Shown here: piece by piece, positions 44,162 through 64,000 of the stretch
Numbering within the stretch: position 1 is the first letter of the stretch
Layout of the letters: each line of letters opens with the position of its first letter
Assembly: GCA_964016885.1 (NCBI GenBank)
Contig: CAXHJY010000349.1
Location: 26,423-90,422 of the forward strand
Source: Eledone cirrhosa
Lineage: Eukaryota
Length of the DNA: 64,000 nucleotides
Reading direction: 5' to 3'
Notes under the pieces: generated by a model
The model's input: only the letters and a program-made list of their open reading frames with translations
What the model was told of the DNA's origin: nothing
The model's database searches: none
Made by a program: the position numbers and the translations under genes

Positions 44162-44294
44162 CACATACATATATATGTATATATGGCACAGACACACTAG
44201 TTTGCGAAAACATACATACGCGAACACACACACACAGACACACACAGACATATATATTATTAACAAATGGAAACTATATTTATAAAACCATATT

Positions 44295-44360
44295 TATTTC
44301 ATTATACATATTTCAATGACCACCAAAACAGATTATAGTGCGCTTTCATCAGATAAAATA
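44295..44360 (-). ncRNA. Family E HHR (diverged copy)
   Basis: tattttat-CTGATGA-aagcgcacta..tggtggtcatt-GAAA-TATGTA-TA-atgaaata. Confidence 0.7.
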
Positions 44361-45088
44361 TAATATAGATTAGTTTTATAAATACATATTGACATAACCT
44401 GAAAAAAATATAACCTTCACAATTGGAGTCTCCTGGATAGTATATATATATATATATATATATGAAATGATACGAAGACATCACACACATAGAATTAAAC
44501 AAGAATACAGTTATATATAAAGATATGAGTTACTGGGATAAAGTCAATCGATTTTCCTCGTCTCTTTACATTGCTGGTTTTGAGCTAGATGTAGAAACAA
44601 TTATAAGATCTAGCATTGGTCAAGATATCCGAATGTAAGCCACGTGGAATCTCTGCAGTTTCATCTACCAAATTCCACTTAAACGACATTGGTCAACCGA
44701 AAGTTATTGCTATAGAATATACTTTTGCAAAGTGTCATGTATTGATACTGAACATAGAGATACATGGATACGGAGTGAACTCATCATCCACTCAGCCATA
44801 ACAACGCACGTATGTACAGAATGTAAACAATATGTTTGAATTGAAACAGTTTTAAATAAACAATCTTTTCAATCTATACTTAATCGTTCATATACTTAGG
44901 TAACATTTGGAATTAAGAATAGTTTCTCAGTGATTAATTTGATACCGTCTACAAATAATTAATCATTAGAGACATTAAAGGAACGCCAGTCATTTTAGAC
45001 TGTCATTAAATTCTAGTTGGAATTTACACTCTCTCGTATGTGTTTATATAAATAAATAAATTAATTAATTAATTATATTTATATATAC

Positions 45089-45255
<167 letters not shown>

Positions 45256-45373
45256 CATATATATATATACATATACATATATACATATATATATATATAC
45301 ATATATATATATACATATACATATATATATATACATATATATATATATACATATATATATATACATATACATA

Positions 45374-45439
<66 letters not shown>

Positions 45440-45506
45440 CATATATATATATACATATACATATATACATAATTATATATATATACATATATATATATAC
45501 ATATAC

Positions 45507-45627
<121 letters not shown>

Positions 45628-45654
45628 CATATAAATATATATATATACATACAC

Positions 45655-45789
<135 letters not shown>

Positions 45790-45796
45790 TATATAC

Positions 45797-45903
<107 letters not shown>

Positions 45904-45904
45904 C

Positions 45905-45995
<91 letters not shown>

Positions 45996-45996
45996 C

Positions 45997-46642
<646 letters not shown>

Positions 46643-46664
46643 TATACATATATATATATATACA

Positions 46665-48997
46665 TAGCGGCGATGAATTAGTTTAGCGAGGTTTTTTATA
46701 TGAAATCGTGTGTCGAAACAGATATTGTTATACTTGGGGAGGGTCATATTTGCGTAATATTGCCAGAATTAATAACAGAACACACTCACTGTTTGGTTGG
46801 TTTTCGCTTCACGCTGTCTTTTATATCTGCGATCTAACTTAGTCGCTGTGAAAAGATGTGTGGAGATGATCATTGAGAGTGAGGTGGAGTTCTGCGACGT
46901 CGACACAGACGAACTGGGCCTCCTACTTAGACTTACCTACGACACTGACTACCTAGACAGCCATGACCTGAGACGTTTCTGCCCCAGTAGACCTATAAGA
47001 GGTAGACCCCCCACCATAACCTCAAGGGCTAAAAAGAGTCCCATAGGAAGGTGGATTGGGTGGACCAGAGCTATACGGACACCCCAAAACACTGATCAGG
47101 TAAGAAAAATGGTCGCACATGCAATAGGGGCTAGTATCAAAACTACCCTAAAGGGCCACATATTTAAGTTCAATGAGAAAATCTACACCCAAAATGAGGG
47201 AGCAGCCATCGGCGTCAGCATAGCTGGTGATGTTGCCAACCTTTTCATGGTATGGTGGGAGAGGAGACTTAAAGATCTCCTTAATGAAAGCTCCATAGAC
47301 CTCATCATGTACTCTCGTTATGTAGATGATATCAATATAGTTATAAGAACACCACCACTAGAGAGCACTAACAAGTTTGATTTAGAACGTAGCACGATGA
47401 AAAGCATCCAGCAGATAGCTAATTCCATACACCAGAGTATAACTGTAACTATCGACTTCCCTTCCAAACACCCTAACAATAGACTACCTGTATTAGACAC
47501 AGAACTCTGGATTAACACTATAGACGAGAGAGCCCAAATTCTCCACTCACACTATGCTAAACCCATGGCCTCCAAATACCTGATACTCAAAAACTCAGCA
47601 ATGTCCAGTAGTGCTAAGTTTAATATTCTGATCGCAGATTTGGTACGAGTGATGAAGAATGTGTCCAGCATGTGAGACCCAACAGAAATGGAAAGACACA
47701 TCCAACACTTCATCAACCGCATGAAGTTCTCTGGTTACAACCAAAGAGACAGAGTCAGAGTATACGAAGGAGCCATGGAAAAGTATAAGACCCTCATAGA
47801 ACTGGACATGAAAGGAATTTGCCCACTATACAGGAGCAAATCATGGAATAGCTTAGATAGGGCTAGACATAAGATAGGGAAGGCCACATCATGGTACGAC
47901 AACCAGAGATATCAGAGTGTCATGTTTGTGGACGCCACCCCTGGAGGGAAATTAGCTAACAAGTGTAGAAAGGCCCTGAGAAAGACCCACTTAAAAATAA
48001 AGGTGGTAGAAAAGCCAGGAACCACCATAAAATCCCTGATCAGCAAAACCTACCCTTTTAAGAAAACCCACTGTACCAATAGGAAATGTATCATATGTAA
48101 GGTGAACCCCCGGATAAACTGTAAAACTAGAAACGTAGTCTATAGCATAAGATGTACAGAGGGTACTTGCAGAAACATGACAACAACATACATAGGTGAG
48201 ACAGCTCGTAGCATAGGTGAAAGGATAGACCAACACTGAGGGGAACTAAAAGGACGAAAAAACGGGTCAGTACTATACGAACATGCTAGACAACAACATG
48301 GCGGTAACATAGACAACATAGAAATTAGAATAATATCTAAACATAGGAATGACCCAGCAGATAGGCAAATCAGAGAGGCCAGTGAAATAGAAATTAGAAG
48401 ACCAAAGCTAAACAGAAAGAATGAGTGGAACAACAACAACACCCAAACAAACAACACTGACCTAAGAGAAGTATAAATAAGTAAATAAAAAAAAATAAAA
48501 TAAGATAAATAAATACATACACAAGCACAATAACAACAAGCACATAAACACACACTAATCACCCAGCAGACACAACACTATACACACTAGTCACACAGCA
48601 CACATAACACTATACACACACGCAAACGCATGCACAAAGAAGACAAAATAAAATAAGATGAACAAACAAGCAAATAAATAAATAAATATATAGACAGACT
48701 GAATAAAAAATGGCGTAGACATACAACACAACAGGAGGAACAAAGAATATAACACCACTGACGATGTTGCAGATGTGCAACGAAAGATTTATGTAAATTA
48801 TGTAAAATATATATGTGTTTGTGTCTATATTGTATCTGTATTATTTTTGACCGTCGGTCAGTCAATGGCAACATTGAGGACCGAGTAAGTTAGATCGCAG
48901 ATATAAAAGACAGCGAGAAGCGAAAACCAACCAAACAGTGAGTGTGTTCTGTTATTAATTCTGGCAATATTACGCAAATATGACCCTCCCCAAGTAT

Positions 48998-49002
<5 letters not shown>
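46665..49002 (+). mobile_element. Second CCHH-type PLE subfamily, 5'-truncated, with inverted terminal copy at 46665-46841
   Basis: 46721-46841 is the reverse complement of 48886-49003; HHR-like CTGACGA-t.gttgca gatg tgcaac-GAAA-GATT-TA at about 48758-48792. Confidence 0.9.
46845..48476 (+). pseudogene. PLE RT plus GIY-YIG, single frame with two TGA stops (47673, 48237)
   Basis: QNEGAAIG, YSRYVDD, LPVLD, NVVYSIRC, YIGETARS; collinear with 27889-30135. Confidence 0.92.
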
Positions 49003-50787
<1,785 letters not shown>

Positions 50788-53333
50788 TTGGAATAAATGC
50801 TCTGAAATAGCGATATATATGTGAATATAGACATAGAATATTCGAAAATATTCTGTATGTTTATAATAAACATTTTGAAGACCTAATCGCTATAGAATAG
50901 AATACGTCACGTATTACAATTAGATTCTCGATAAAAGCAAGGGAAGTAATCTACGCGTTTCATTCTTGTTAGAAATCATCAGGACTACATATCCAGTGCT
51001 TTCATCGAGAATGACACAGCTAGAGACTTATAGAATACTTAGCTGTGTACAGGAACTGGTTTGAAAGAGCGGTTGCCGGTCCGGCAGAAATTAGAAATTG
51101 GAATAAATGCTCTGAAATAGCGATATATATGTGAATATAGACATAGAATATTCGAAAATATTCTGTATGTTTATAATAAACATTTTGAAGACCTAATCGC
51201 TATAGAATAGAATACGTCACGTATTACAATTAGATTCTCGATAAAAGCAAGGGAAGTAATCTACGCGTTTCATTCTTGTTAGAAATCATCAGGACTACAT
51301 ATCCAGTGCTTTCATCGAGAATGACACAGCTAGAGACTTATAGAATACTTAGCTGTGTACAGGAACTGGTTTGAAAGAGCGGTTGCCGGTCCGGCAGAAA
51401 TTAGAAATTGGAATAAATGCTCTGAAATAGCGATATATATGTGAATATAGACATAGAATATTCGAAAATATTCTGTATGTTTATAATAAACATTTTGAAG
51501 ACCTAATCGCTATAGAATAGAATACGTCACGTATTACAATTAGATTCTCGATAAAAGCAAGGGAAGTAATCTACGCGTTTCATTCTTGTTAGAAATCATC
51601 AGGACTACATATCCAGTGCTTTCATCGAGAATGACACAGCTAGAGACTTATAGAATACTTAGCTGTGTACAGGAACTGGTTTGAAAGAGCGGTTGCCGGT
51701 CCGGCAGAAATTAGAAATTGGAACATACAGAATATTAGAACATACAGAATATTTTCGAATATTCTATGTCTATATTCACATATATATCGCTATTTCAGAG
51801 CATTTATTCCAATTTCTAATTTCTGCCGGACCGGCAACCGCTCTTTCAAACCAGTTCCTGTACACAGCTAAGTATTCTATAAGTCTCTAGCTGTGTCATT
51901 CTCGATGAAAGCACTGGATATGTAGTCCTGATGATTTCTAACAAGAATGAAACGCGTAGATTACTTCCCTTGCTTTTATCGAGAATCTAATTGTAATACG
52001 TGACGTATTCTATTCTATAGCGATTAGGTCTTCAAAATGTTTATTATAAACATACAGAATATTTTCGAATATTCTATGTCTATATTCACATATATATCGC
52101 TATTTCAGAGCATTTATTCCAATTTCTAATTTCTGCCGGACCGGCAACCGCTCTTTCAAACCAGTTCCTGTACACAGCTAAGTATTCTATAAGTCTCTAG
52201 CTGTGTCATTCTCGATGAAAGCACTGGATATGTAGTCCTGATGATTTCTAACAAGAATGAAACGCGTAGATTACTTCCCTTGCTTTTATCGAGAATCTAA
52301 TTGTAATACGTGACGTATTCTATTCTATAGCGATTAGGTCTTCAAAATGTTTATTATAAACATACAGAATATTTTCGAATATTCTATGTCTATATTCACA
52401 TATATATCGCTATTTCAGAGCATTTATTCCAATTTCTAATTTCTGCCGGACCGGCAACCGCTCTTTCAAACCAGTTCCTGTACACAGCTAAGTATTCTAT
52501 AAGTCTCTAGCTGTGTCATTCTCGATGAAAGCACTGGATATGTAGTCCTGATGATTTCTAACAAGAATGAAACGCGTAGATTACTTCCCTTGCTTTTATC
52601 GAGAATCTAATTGTAATACGTGACGTATTCTATTCTATAGCGATTAGGTCTTCAAAATGTTTATTATAAACATACAGAATATTTTCGAATATTCTATGTC
52701 TATATTCACATATATATCGCTATTTCAGAGCATTTATTCCAATTTCTAATTTCTGCCGGACCGGCAACCGCTCTTTCAAACCAGTTCCTGTACACAGCTA
52801 AGTATTCTATAAGTCTCTAGCTGTGTCATTCTCGATGAAAGCACTGGATATGTAGTCCTGATGATTTCTAACAAGAATGAAACGCGTAGATTACTTCCCT
52901 TGCTTTTATCGAGAATCTAATTGTAATACGTGACGTATTCTATTCTATAGCGATTAGGTCTTCAAAATGTTTATTATAAACATACAGAATATTTTCGAAT
53001 ATTCTATGTCTATATTCACATATATATCGCTATTTCAGAGCATTTATTCCAATTTCTAATTTCTGCCGGACCGGCAACCGCTCTTTCAAACCAGTTCCTG
53101 TACACAGCTAAGTATTCTATAAGTCTCTAGCTGTGTCATTCTCGATGAAAGCACTGGATATGTAGTCCTGATGATTTCTAACAAGAATGAAACGCGTAGA
53201 TTACTTCCCTTGCTTTTATCGAGAATCTAATTGTAATACGTGACGTATTCTATTCTATAGCGATTAGGTCTTCAAAATGTTTATTATAAACATACAGAAT
53301 ATTTTCGAATATTCTATGTCTATATTCACATAT
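50788..53333. mobile_element. Retrozyme-like array, 310-bp monomer: 3 copies (-) and ~5.1 copies (+), head-to-head, each with an extended HHR
   Basis: Period 310. HHRs on plus at 51899, 52209, 52519, 52829, 53139 and on minus at 50925, 51235, 51545: ttctcgatgaaagca..gtagtc-CTGATGA-t.ttct AACA agaa.t-GAAA-CGCG-TA-gattac..tgcttttatcgagaa. Confidence 0.92.
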
Positions 53334-53335
53334 AC

Positions 53336-53382
<47 letters not shown>

Positions 53383-53410
53383 AATATATATATATATACA
53401 TATATATACA

Positions 53411-53462
<52 letters not shown>

Positions 53463-53498
53463 TATACATATATATACATATATATACATATATATACA

Positions 53499-53648
<150 letters not shown>

Positions 53649-54300
53649 TATATATATATAGAAAATCTGAACTCTGACACTCCGGCGAGCTGGCCATATT
53701 CACTGAACCAGAACATTTCTCCCAATCCCTTTTCTCTTGACCACTATCTCTCCATTGTCATAACATTCACTATAAAGACTACAGAATAGTTTTCCCAATA
53801 AGGGCGCACAAATGTAATGAAAACTTGTTCAAGTGACAGCCAAATTTCATTTATAACCAACCAAAAAAAAGCCTTCGTGAGCCTCTTTTTTCAAGTAAAA
53901 AGAAATTCAAACACTCATATATGAAAAAACAACGTGTAACAACCCCCCTCTCTTATTTGAAGAACTATTGTAACGCGAATTGGTGCGGAATTTATTATAA
54001 TTATTGACAAACCAATCAAATTACTTCTCGAAAAACCTGGCATTTCGAGCCACTTTTTCCATATAAAACAAGTAACATTCAGAGACCAACCAGATGTGAG
54101 AAAAACCACAGACCCTCCATCTCAACTCACCTTTTGAAAAGCAGAAGAACTGCGAAACCGGTAAAGGAACCAAATAAATATATATATTTAAAAAAAAAAA
54201 ATAAGACTCCAGTTGCATTTTCGATTTCATCTCTTTTTCTTTATACTTTCACTCGTGTAGGACACCTCGGTTATTTTACATTTTGTAAAAAAAACCTCAC

Positions 54301-56560
<2,260 letters not shown>

Positions 56561-56563
56561 GTT

Positions 56564-56787
<224 letters not shown>

Positions 56788-56825
56788 TATATACATATAT
56801 ATGTATATATGTATGTATATACATA

Positions 56826-57006
56826 TATTTATTAAAATAACAGATTAAAGTTTAAGCAAAGAATCGTTAAGGGTGAAAGCACCGATTCTTTGCTTAAACT
56901 TTAATCTGTTATTTTAATAAATATTTACTCTACAGTTCTTATATATTTCATATATATTTTCCTTATCGAGCCCTCTTTGGATTTCAGTCTTCAATTTTAT
57001 TATTAT

Positions 57007-57008
<2 letters not shown>
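56826..57008 (+). mobile_element. Two-ended terminal fragment of the 30718-33640 PLE family
   Basis: 56826-56866 is inverted relative to 56883-56924; the long tail matches 9505-9600. Confidence 0.8.
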
Positions 57009-57105
<97 letters not shown>

Positions 57106-57111
57106 ATATAT

Positions 57112-57172
<61 letters not shown>

Positions 57173-57241
57173 TACATATATATATACATATATACATATA
57201 TATACATATATACATATATATATATATACATATATACATAT

Positions 57242-57274
<33 letters not shown>

Positions 57275-57299
57275 TATATATATACATATATACATATAT

Positions 57300-57348
<49 letters not shown>

Positions 57349-57353
57349 CATAT

Positions 57354-57516
<163 letters not shown>

Positions 57517-57541
57517 TATATACATATATATATATATATAC

Positions 57542-57886
<345 letters not shown>

Positions 57887-57986
57887 CATATATATATACA
57901 TATATATATACATATATATATACATATATATATACATATACATATACATATATATATATATATATACATATATATATACATATATA

Positions 57987-59698
57987 TGAAAAAGAACACA
58001 AGAGCGTCTACAACATCAAAAGATTTTTATTGGCTTACAATGTTTCTTCCTTACGTAACCGTAGGATTCGTCAGAGTTATAGAAGGAGTTTGATTGGTGT
58101 TATGGACTCTACCAACCAAACATTCAAGAACAAAGAGTAAAGAGAGTAAAGAGCAAAAGTAGGGGACGATAAGTCTAATTTTGGTGCGGGAGGGTGCGGT
58201 GTGTGTCCTTGTTTATATGTGTCTGTGTGTGTCGGACACACGTACACATAAAGAAGCTGCCGACCTAAATGTGCCTGTGATGCCTGCCTGAATTTTCGGT
58301 CAGTTGCTGACTTGACCGATTAACCCCACAATTACTACGTAGCGGTTGTTGCACGTGACTGCTGGACCCGGATGAAACGAAGACGAAGAATTTCCTTGCG
58401 TACCGTTTTCTACCACAGATGCGATCTCACCCTGCTTCGTTAATGTCCTATCGACACCAAAGTTCAACCTTCGGGCGAATAGATTTGAATCCAACCACCA
58501 ACAACATAGCTGGATGACCGATAATCACACCAAACCGGAGTACTGTGATCCTTGTGATTTCCAGATATACAACCACTGACACTGTTACGAAGACCAGAAA
58601 ACCATACTCCATATATTGAACCAATTGATTGATTTGTGCGACCAAAATAACACCAAACACATATTGAACTAGGAATATTGGATCCTCCGTCAATGTCTGG
58701 GTGAGCAAAAATAGATTTCTATCTGCATTGGTATTTACAAACTTGTGCATCTGCTGTGGTGTCAACAACAAACGCACATGACCGCACAAATAAACAATGG
58801 ACCATGCCACGTGGCTTGAACCCGTAAGTGAATTGAAGGTTCTGCAACTCTGATACACAGATTATTTATTATTAAGATGTATAAACTTGACATAACTATT
58901 ATCTTATATTCTCTCAACTAATCACACTTGATCATATTTCTCTATCCCGTTTTCTCCCCCCATAATTATTATATCTTTATTATTATTTGAAAAAATCGGT
59001 TTTTTTACATTGTGTTTTCCCCTCCAAATATTCGCTTATATTTCTTTATATATTCTCTATATATTTTTTTTATCTTTATTATTTCCACTTTTATCTTCCT
59101 TTATATTTTACCTTATTCTTACTTTTATATCTTATTATAGTGTAATCTTCCCCATGCCTTATTATACACTATTAATTATAGATTATTATTATTACTCTTT
59201 TTCCATTTCTAATTACCTCATGTACTTTCTCCTCCGCTATATATATATATATATTGTACGCCCTTTGTGTTTGTGTAGCCTCTGCGCACCCTCTGCACCA
59301 TACTATCGACGCCACCCCATCTATGGTTCAGCTAACCACCCGACTCCCGGGAATGAATATGACCGCAGCTAGTAAACAAGGACCCACACCCCACCATCCC
59401 GCACCAAAATTAGACTTATCGTCCCCTACTTTTGCTCTTTACTCTCTTTACTCTTTGTTCTTGAATGTTTGGTTGGTAGAGTCCATAACACCAATCAAAC
59501 CCCTTTTATAGCTCTGACGAATCCTACGGTTACGTAAGGAAGAAACATTGTAAGCCAATAAAAATCTTTTGATATTGTAGACGCTCTTGTGTTCTTTTTC
59601 ATATATACGGCTCTGCTCCAAAGCATAGAGCTAATTATTATGCTGCCAATACCTTAATGGGACACGGGTATACAATACCTAACTCCTATTAACCTAAG

Positions 59699-59700
<2 letters not shown>
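57987..59700 (+). mobile_element. Family G element with inverted 5' pseudo-LTR and HHRs at 58033-58077 (-) and 59511-59555 (+)
   Basis: 57987-58214 is the reverse complement of 59373-59601; gct-CTGACGA-a.tcct.acg gtta cgt.a.agga.a-GAAA-CATTG-TA-agc. Confidence 0.8.
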
Positions 59701-59789
<89 letters not shown>

Positions 59790-59801
59790 GTATATATATA
59801 T

Positions 59802-60650
59802 AAAAACAAATAACGAAACGAAATTAAATTTCGTTTCGTTTGTAACTCACTTTTGTATGACTGACGCTTAAACAATTAAGTTAAAAATGTACATCTACAT
59901 ATGCATACTGAAATACTAGTATGCATATGAATACACACACGTATACATATGTAGATGTACCAAGTCTTTCACTGGTTACTTTACTGTGAGTATCCAGCTA
60001 TTCTGTATGTAAACACACAGACAAACCGGTTTTTAGAGTCATACTGGTTTTTGAGGAAACACCTTTCCTCTATTCTTCAGAAAGCCAGACAAGGAATATT
60101 GGACTAGTTTCGATGTTGTTACATCTCATCAGCAATATTTACCTATCTTCCGGCCTTTCTAGAGAATCGTAAAAGCACATATCGTTATATGCTTTTCTAT
60201 GAAAATTAGTAGTGGGTAGACTAATTTGCATAGAGCGTGAGTACGTACCGGTTCAACGGAGACGATAAAAACAAATAACGAAACGAATAATTTGCAAATT
60301 AGTCTGCCCACTACTAATTTTCATAGAAAAAGCATATAACGATATGTGCTTTTACGATTCTCCAGAAAGGCCGGTAGATAGGTAAATATTGCTGATGAGT
60401 TGTAACAACAACGAAACTAGTTCAATATTCCTTGTCTGGCTTTCTGGAGAATAGAGGAAAGGTGTTTCCTCAAAAACCAGTATGACTCTAAAAACCGGTT
60501 TGTCTGTGTGTTTACATACAGAATAGCTGGATACTCACAGTAAAGTAACCAGTGAAAGACTTGGTACATCTACATATGTATACGTGTGTGTATTCATATG
60601 CATACTAGTATTTCAGTATGCATATGTAGATGTACATTTTTAACTTAATT

Positions 60651-60651
<1 letters not shown>
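59802..60651. mobile_element. 469-bp-family retrozyme-like insertion with inversion, HHRs at 60073-60166 (-) and 60358-60451 (+)
   Basis: Homologous to 36396-37296; aatattg-CTGATGA-gttgt AACA acaac-GAAA-CTAG-TT-caatatt. Confidence 0.88.
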
Positions 60652-60708
<57 letters not shown>

Positions 60709-60720
60709 ATGTATATATAT

Positions 60721-61333
60721 GTTATGTCAGGTCACCAGTTGGTGCTACTGGTAACATGTATCCCAGTACAACCTGTCTCATGGTCGGGTCGTTTGCGACT
60801 AAACTGGCAACCCCACCAAGGTTTCTTGGTGAGGAGGGTGACTTTGGACATCCTGCAGGACTAAAAACAAAACCTGTCAAAGGGCAAAGGAGCTCTTAAG
60901 AGTCAATGGCCATCCAAAATCACCGGGAGAGATGACCCCTTAGCCTTTGTCAAGGCAGAATTCTAGGAGAAGGAAAACTCTGATATAACACCTGCAACCC
61001 TGATGGTATCCAATGATGTTGACTTGTTCTTCTTTTTGGTAAATATCATCTTGGTTAAGAGAGTGGGACTGGCTTTGTGCAGTGCCTTTACTCACTATAA
61101 AAGCTTCACGGCACAGGCATTGCTTTATATCTGGAGATCTCTCTGCACTTGTCGTCACATGGTACCATGGACCCAGCACTATGTGTCAATAATTGTCACA
61201 AGTGTAGTGTTTGTACCCGAGTTTTCAAGTCGCTGGCTGGACTAAAAAGTCACAGTCGTTCAGCGCATCGGTAGGGGTTCTCCTACATGGATATAAAGTA
61301 GTGGCCGTACTCGAAAACGAGTTGGCAGCCACC
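60721..61333 (+). mobile_element. Short internally deleted RTE-type element (5' UTR-like part plus C-terminal zinc finger)
   Basis: ggagaaggaaaactctg 5' UTR-like motif; 61197-61274 encodes [25 protein letters not shown] (C2H2). Confidence 0.6.
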
Positions 61334-61388
61334 ATATATATATGTATATATATATATGTATATATATATATATGTATATATATATATG

Positions 61389-61435
<47 letters not shown>

Positions 61436-61493
61436 GTATAAATATATATGTATATATATATATGTATATATATTTATATATATGTATATATAT

Positions 61494-62313
61494 AAAACGG
61501 ACTCTAATTCTTTTAACTACGTCGGTTCCACATCGACGGAATTTAAACTTCGCTATAATAACCACAAGAATTCTTTCACAGATCCAAGCAAAAAATCTTC
61601 AACAGCACTATCAGGCGTACTCTGGCAACTTAGGCAAGATAACGTTAGATATTCGACGGCTTGGAATATAGTCTCAAGAGGGATTCCTTTTAATTCATCC
61701 TCTGAGACATGTGACCTCTGCGCGGAGGAGATATTCTTTATACTAAAATCTAAAAATTCCCTTAATCTACGGACAAATTTATTCAGTTGCTGCAAACATA
61801 GATTGAACTCAACTTTTAAATATAAATTTAAATTTAAAATGTAGTATATTTAGTTTGATTTGTAATTATTTGGGAAACTAGCCGATAAATCTTTCGATTT
61901 CTTCTTTTTATTCTTCTTTTTATTTTTGTTTTTATTTTTATTTTAAACATTCTTCATGAAAAATTAAACTACCCTAAAAGTTGATGCTCCAAATATATCG
62001 AATAAACGTTACACTAGATAAACTTCTATATTAAATATAAGAACATATGTAGACCAAATGGGCATCCTAAACTTTTGAAATGATTTCTGCTAGACGCGAT
62101 TTGGTAAATAATTTTTAGCTTTATCTGTTTTCGACTCTGATGCTTATAATGAACTTGGCAATATATTGTCAATTAATTTTGAAGGGTTGATCTTTGTGGT
62201 CGATTTGCGTGGCATATTATGTTTTTATTTTTATTATTTTAATATTTTTTAATATTTTTAATATTTTCATTTTTAATATGTAATATTTTTTAGTTTTCTA
62301 TTTTATTTATTTG

Positions 62314-62352
<39 letters not shown>

Positions 62353-63373
62353 TTTTGTTTTTGTTTCTGATATTTTTATTAATATATTGAAATCTGTTCT
62401 CTATTTCTGCTTGATAGATAATCATGTAGAGTAAAGACAAGAATAGTATTGTTAAAATTAATATAGACTCTATATATATGTGTGTATATATACACATATA
62501 TGTATACTTAAATTTTTATAGCACAATGAGAATGTTCTCCGTGTGAATTAGGGGTTTGCAGAGTTGATCACGTAAATTCACATCGATGTTTGTAGTTATC
62601 ATATAAACATATGAATTTTTAAAACTAGACATAAGATCATTACTTTTCACACATTATAGATACGTGTCTCATTCAGGAATACTGATATTTACATTATAGT
62701 GCCTGGTTTTTATACGAACTAATATTTCTACATTAAAACATAGGGTTTTTAAATTCTGCCTCGCCTATGTCTGGTTACTTTTCATTTTTCTCTCTATATA
62801 ACGGCTGGTTTCTTTCCTAACCACATATATCTCCCTTACATTAATACTAGAGCTAAATAAATAAATAAATAAATAAATGTATCATTGATACGTCGTTCAA
62901 CTACCTACTTTTCTCTATATATATCTATCTCTATCTATTTCCTCTCTCTATATATCTCTCTCTGTTTCTTTACATGAAGTTCTTCTCTTTATCTATCTTT
63001 CCATCTCTCTATTTTGTTGCATGCATTTCTTCTTTTTCTTCTTTTTCTTCGTTTTCTTTCTTTCTTTCCTTCTTTCTTTCTTTCTTTCTTTCTGTTTACA
63101 ATTTTTCACTGCCAAATCAACTTTTTCAAATACAAGTCGATGTTGAACGGTATGTCAAATCTATTTATCTATAAAACTGTCTATATTGTATTTTGTCTGA
63201 AGAAGGCATAACATATTGTTAATATGATATCCCTGAAATATATATAATGAAATAAATATGGTTTTATAAATATAGTTTCCATTTATTTAATATCGTAAAT
63301 ATACTCCAAATACTTGAGTGCTTTTATATCAGTTATAAATATTTACTAGTTGTAACCCAACAATTTAAATATA

Positions 63374-63378
<5 letters not shown>
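61494..63378 (+). mobile_element. 5'-truncated Hydra-like PLE (family E): GIY-YIG end (61494-61844), long 3' UTR and HHR at 63189-63254
   Basis: [25 protein letters not shown]; tattttgt-CTGAAGA-stem-GAAA-TATATA-TA-atgaaata. Confidence 0.88.
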
Positions 63379-63453
<75 letters not shown>

Positions 63454-63465
63454 GTATATATATAG

Positions 63466-63505
<40 letters not shown>

Positions 63506-63512
63506 TATATAC

Positions 63513-63560
<48 letters not shown>

Positions 63561-63580
63561 TATATATATAATATATATAG

Positions 63581-63612
<32 letters not shown>

Positions 63613-63617
63613 TATAC

Positions 63618-63683
<66 letters not shown>

Positions 63684-63685
63684 TA

Positions 63686-63836
<151 letters not shown>

Positions 63837-63852
63837 ATATATATATATATAT

Positions 63853-63914
<62 letters not shown>

Positions 63915-63915
63915 C

Positions 63916-64000
<85 letters not shown>

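Noticed and set aside
50788-53333. CRISPR array or centromeric satellite
   Set aside because: No unique spacers, eukaryotic context, few copies, and each unit carries an HHR.

Overview
AT-rich, gene-free animal genomic DNA; a cephalopod such as Octopus is inferred from the SINE types and huge (TA)n tracts but is not proven. No host protein gene is visible. The window is almost entirely mobile DNA separated by (TA)n arrays. It holds fragments of two Penelope-like element (PLE) clades: a CxC/CxxC..CxH GIY-YIG type resembling the Hydra clade, and a CCHH type with an RT insertion resembling Neptune/Nematis. It also holds a deleted Helitron, RTE and HERO/R2 LINE remnants, tRNA-SINEs and MITEs. The main hidden signal is RNA. 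Reading by eye I find about 35 type I hammerhead ribozyme (HHR) motifs in about 13 sequence families. These include three related tandem, ORF-less retrozyme-like families (310, 422 and 469 bp monomers with extended stem I and an AAYA loop II) and unusual variants (about 100-nt stem II with a C.A closing pair, U3-A8 core, U4C core). Most insertions are tail-out palindromes in (TA)n with one long 3' end and one short end at a family-fixed internal AT site, suggesting two-ended priming. Most ORFs in the track are microsatellite artefacts. Coordinates were read manually and may be off by a few bases; no folding or database search was run.
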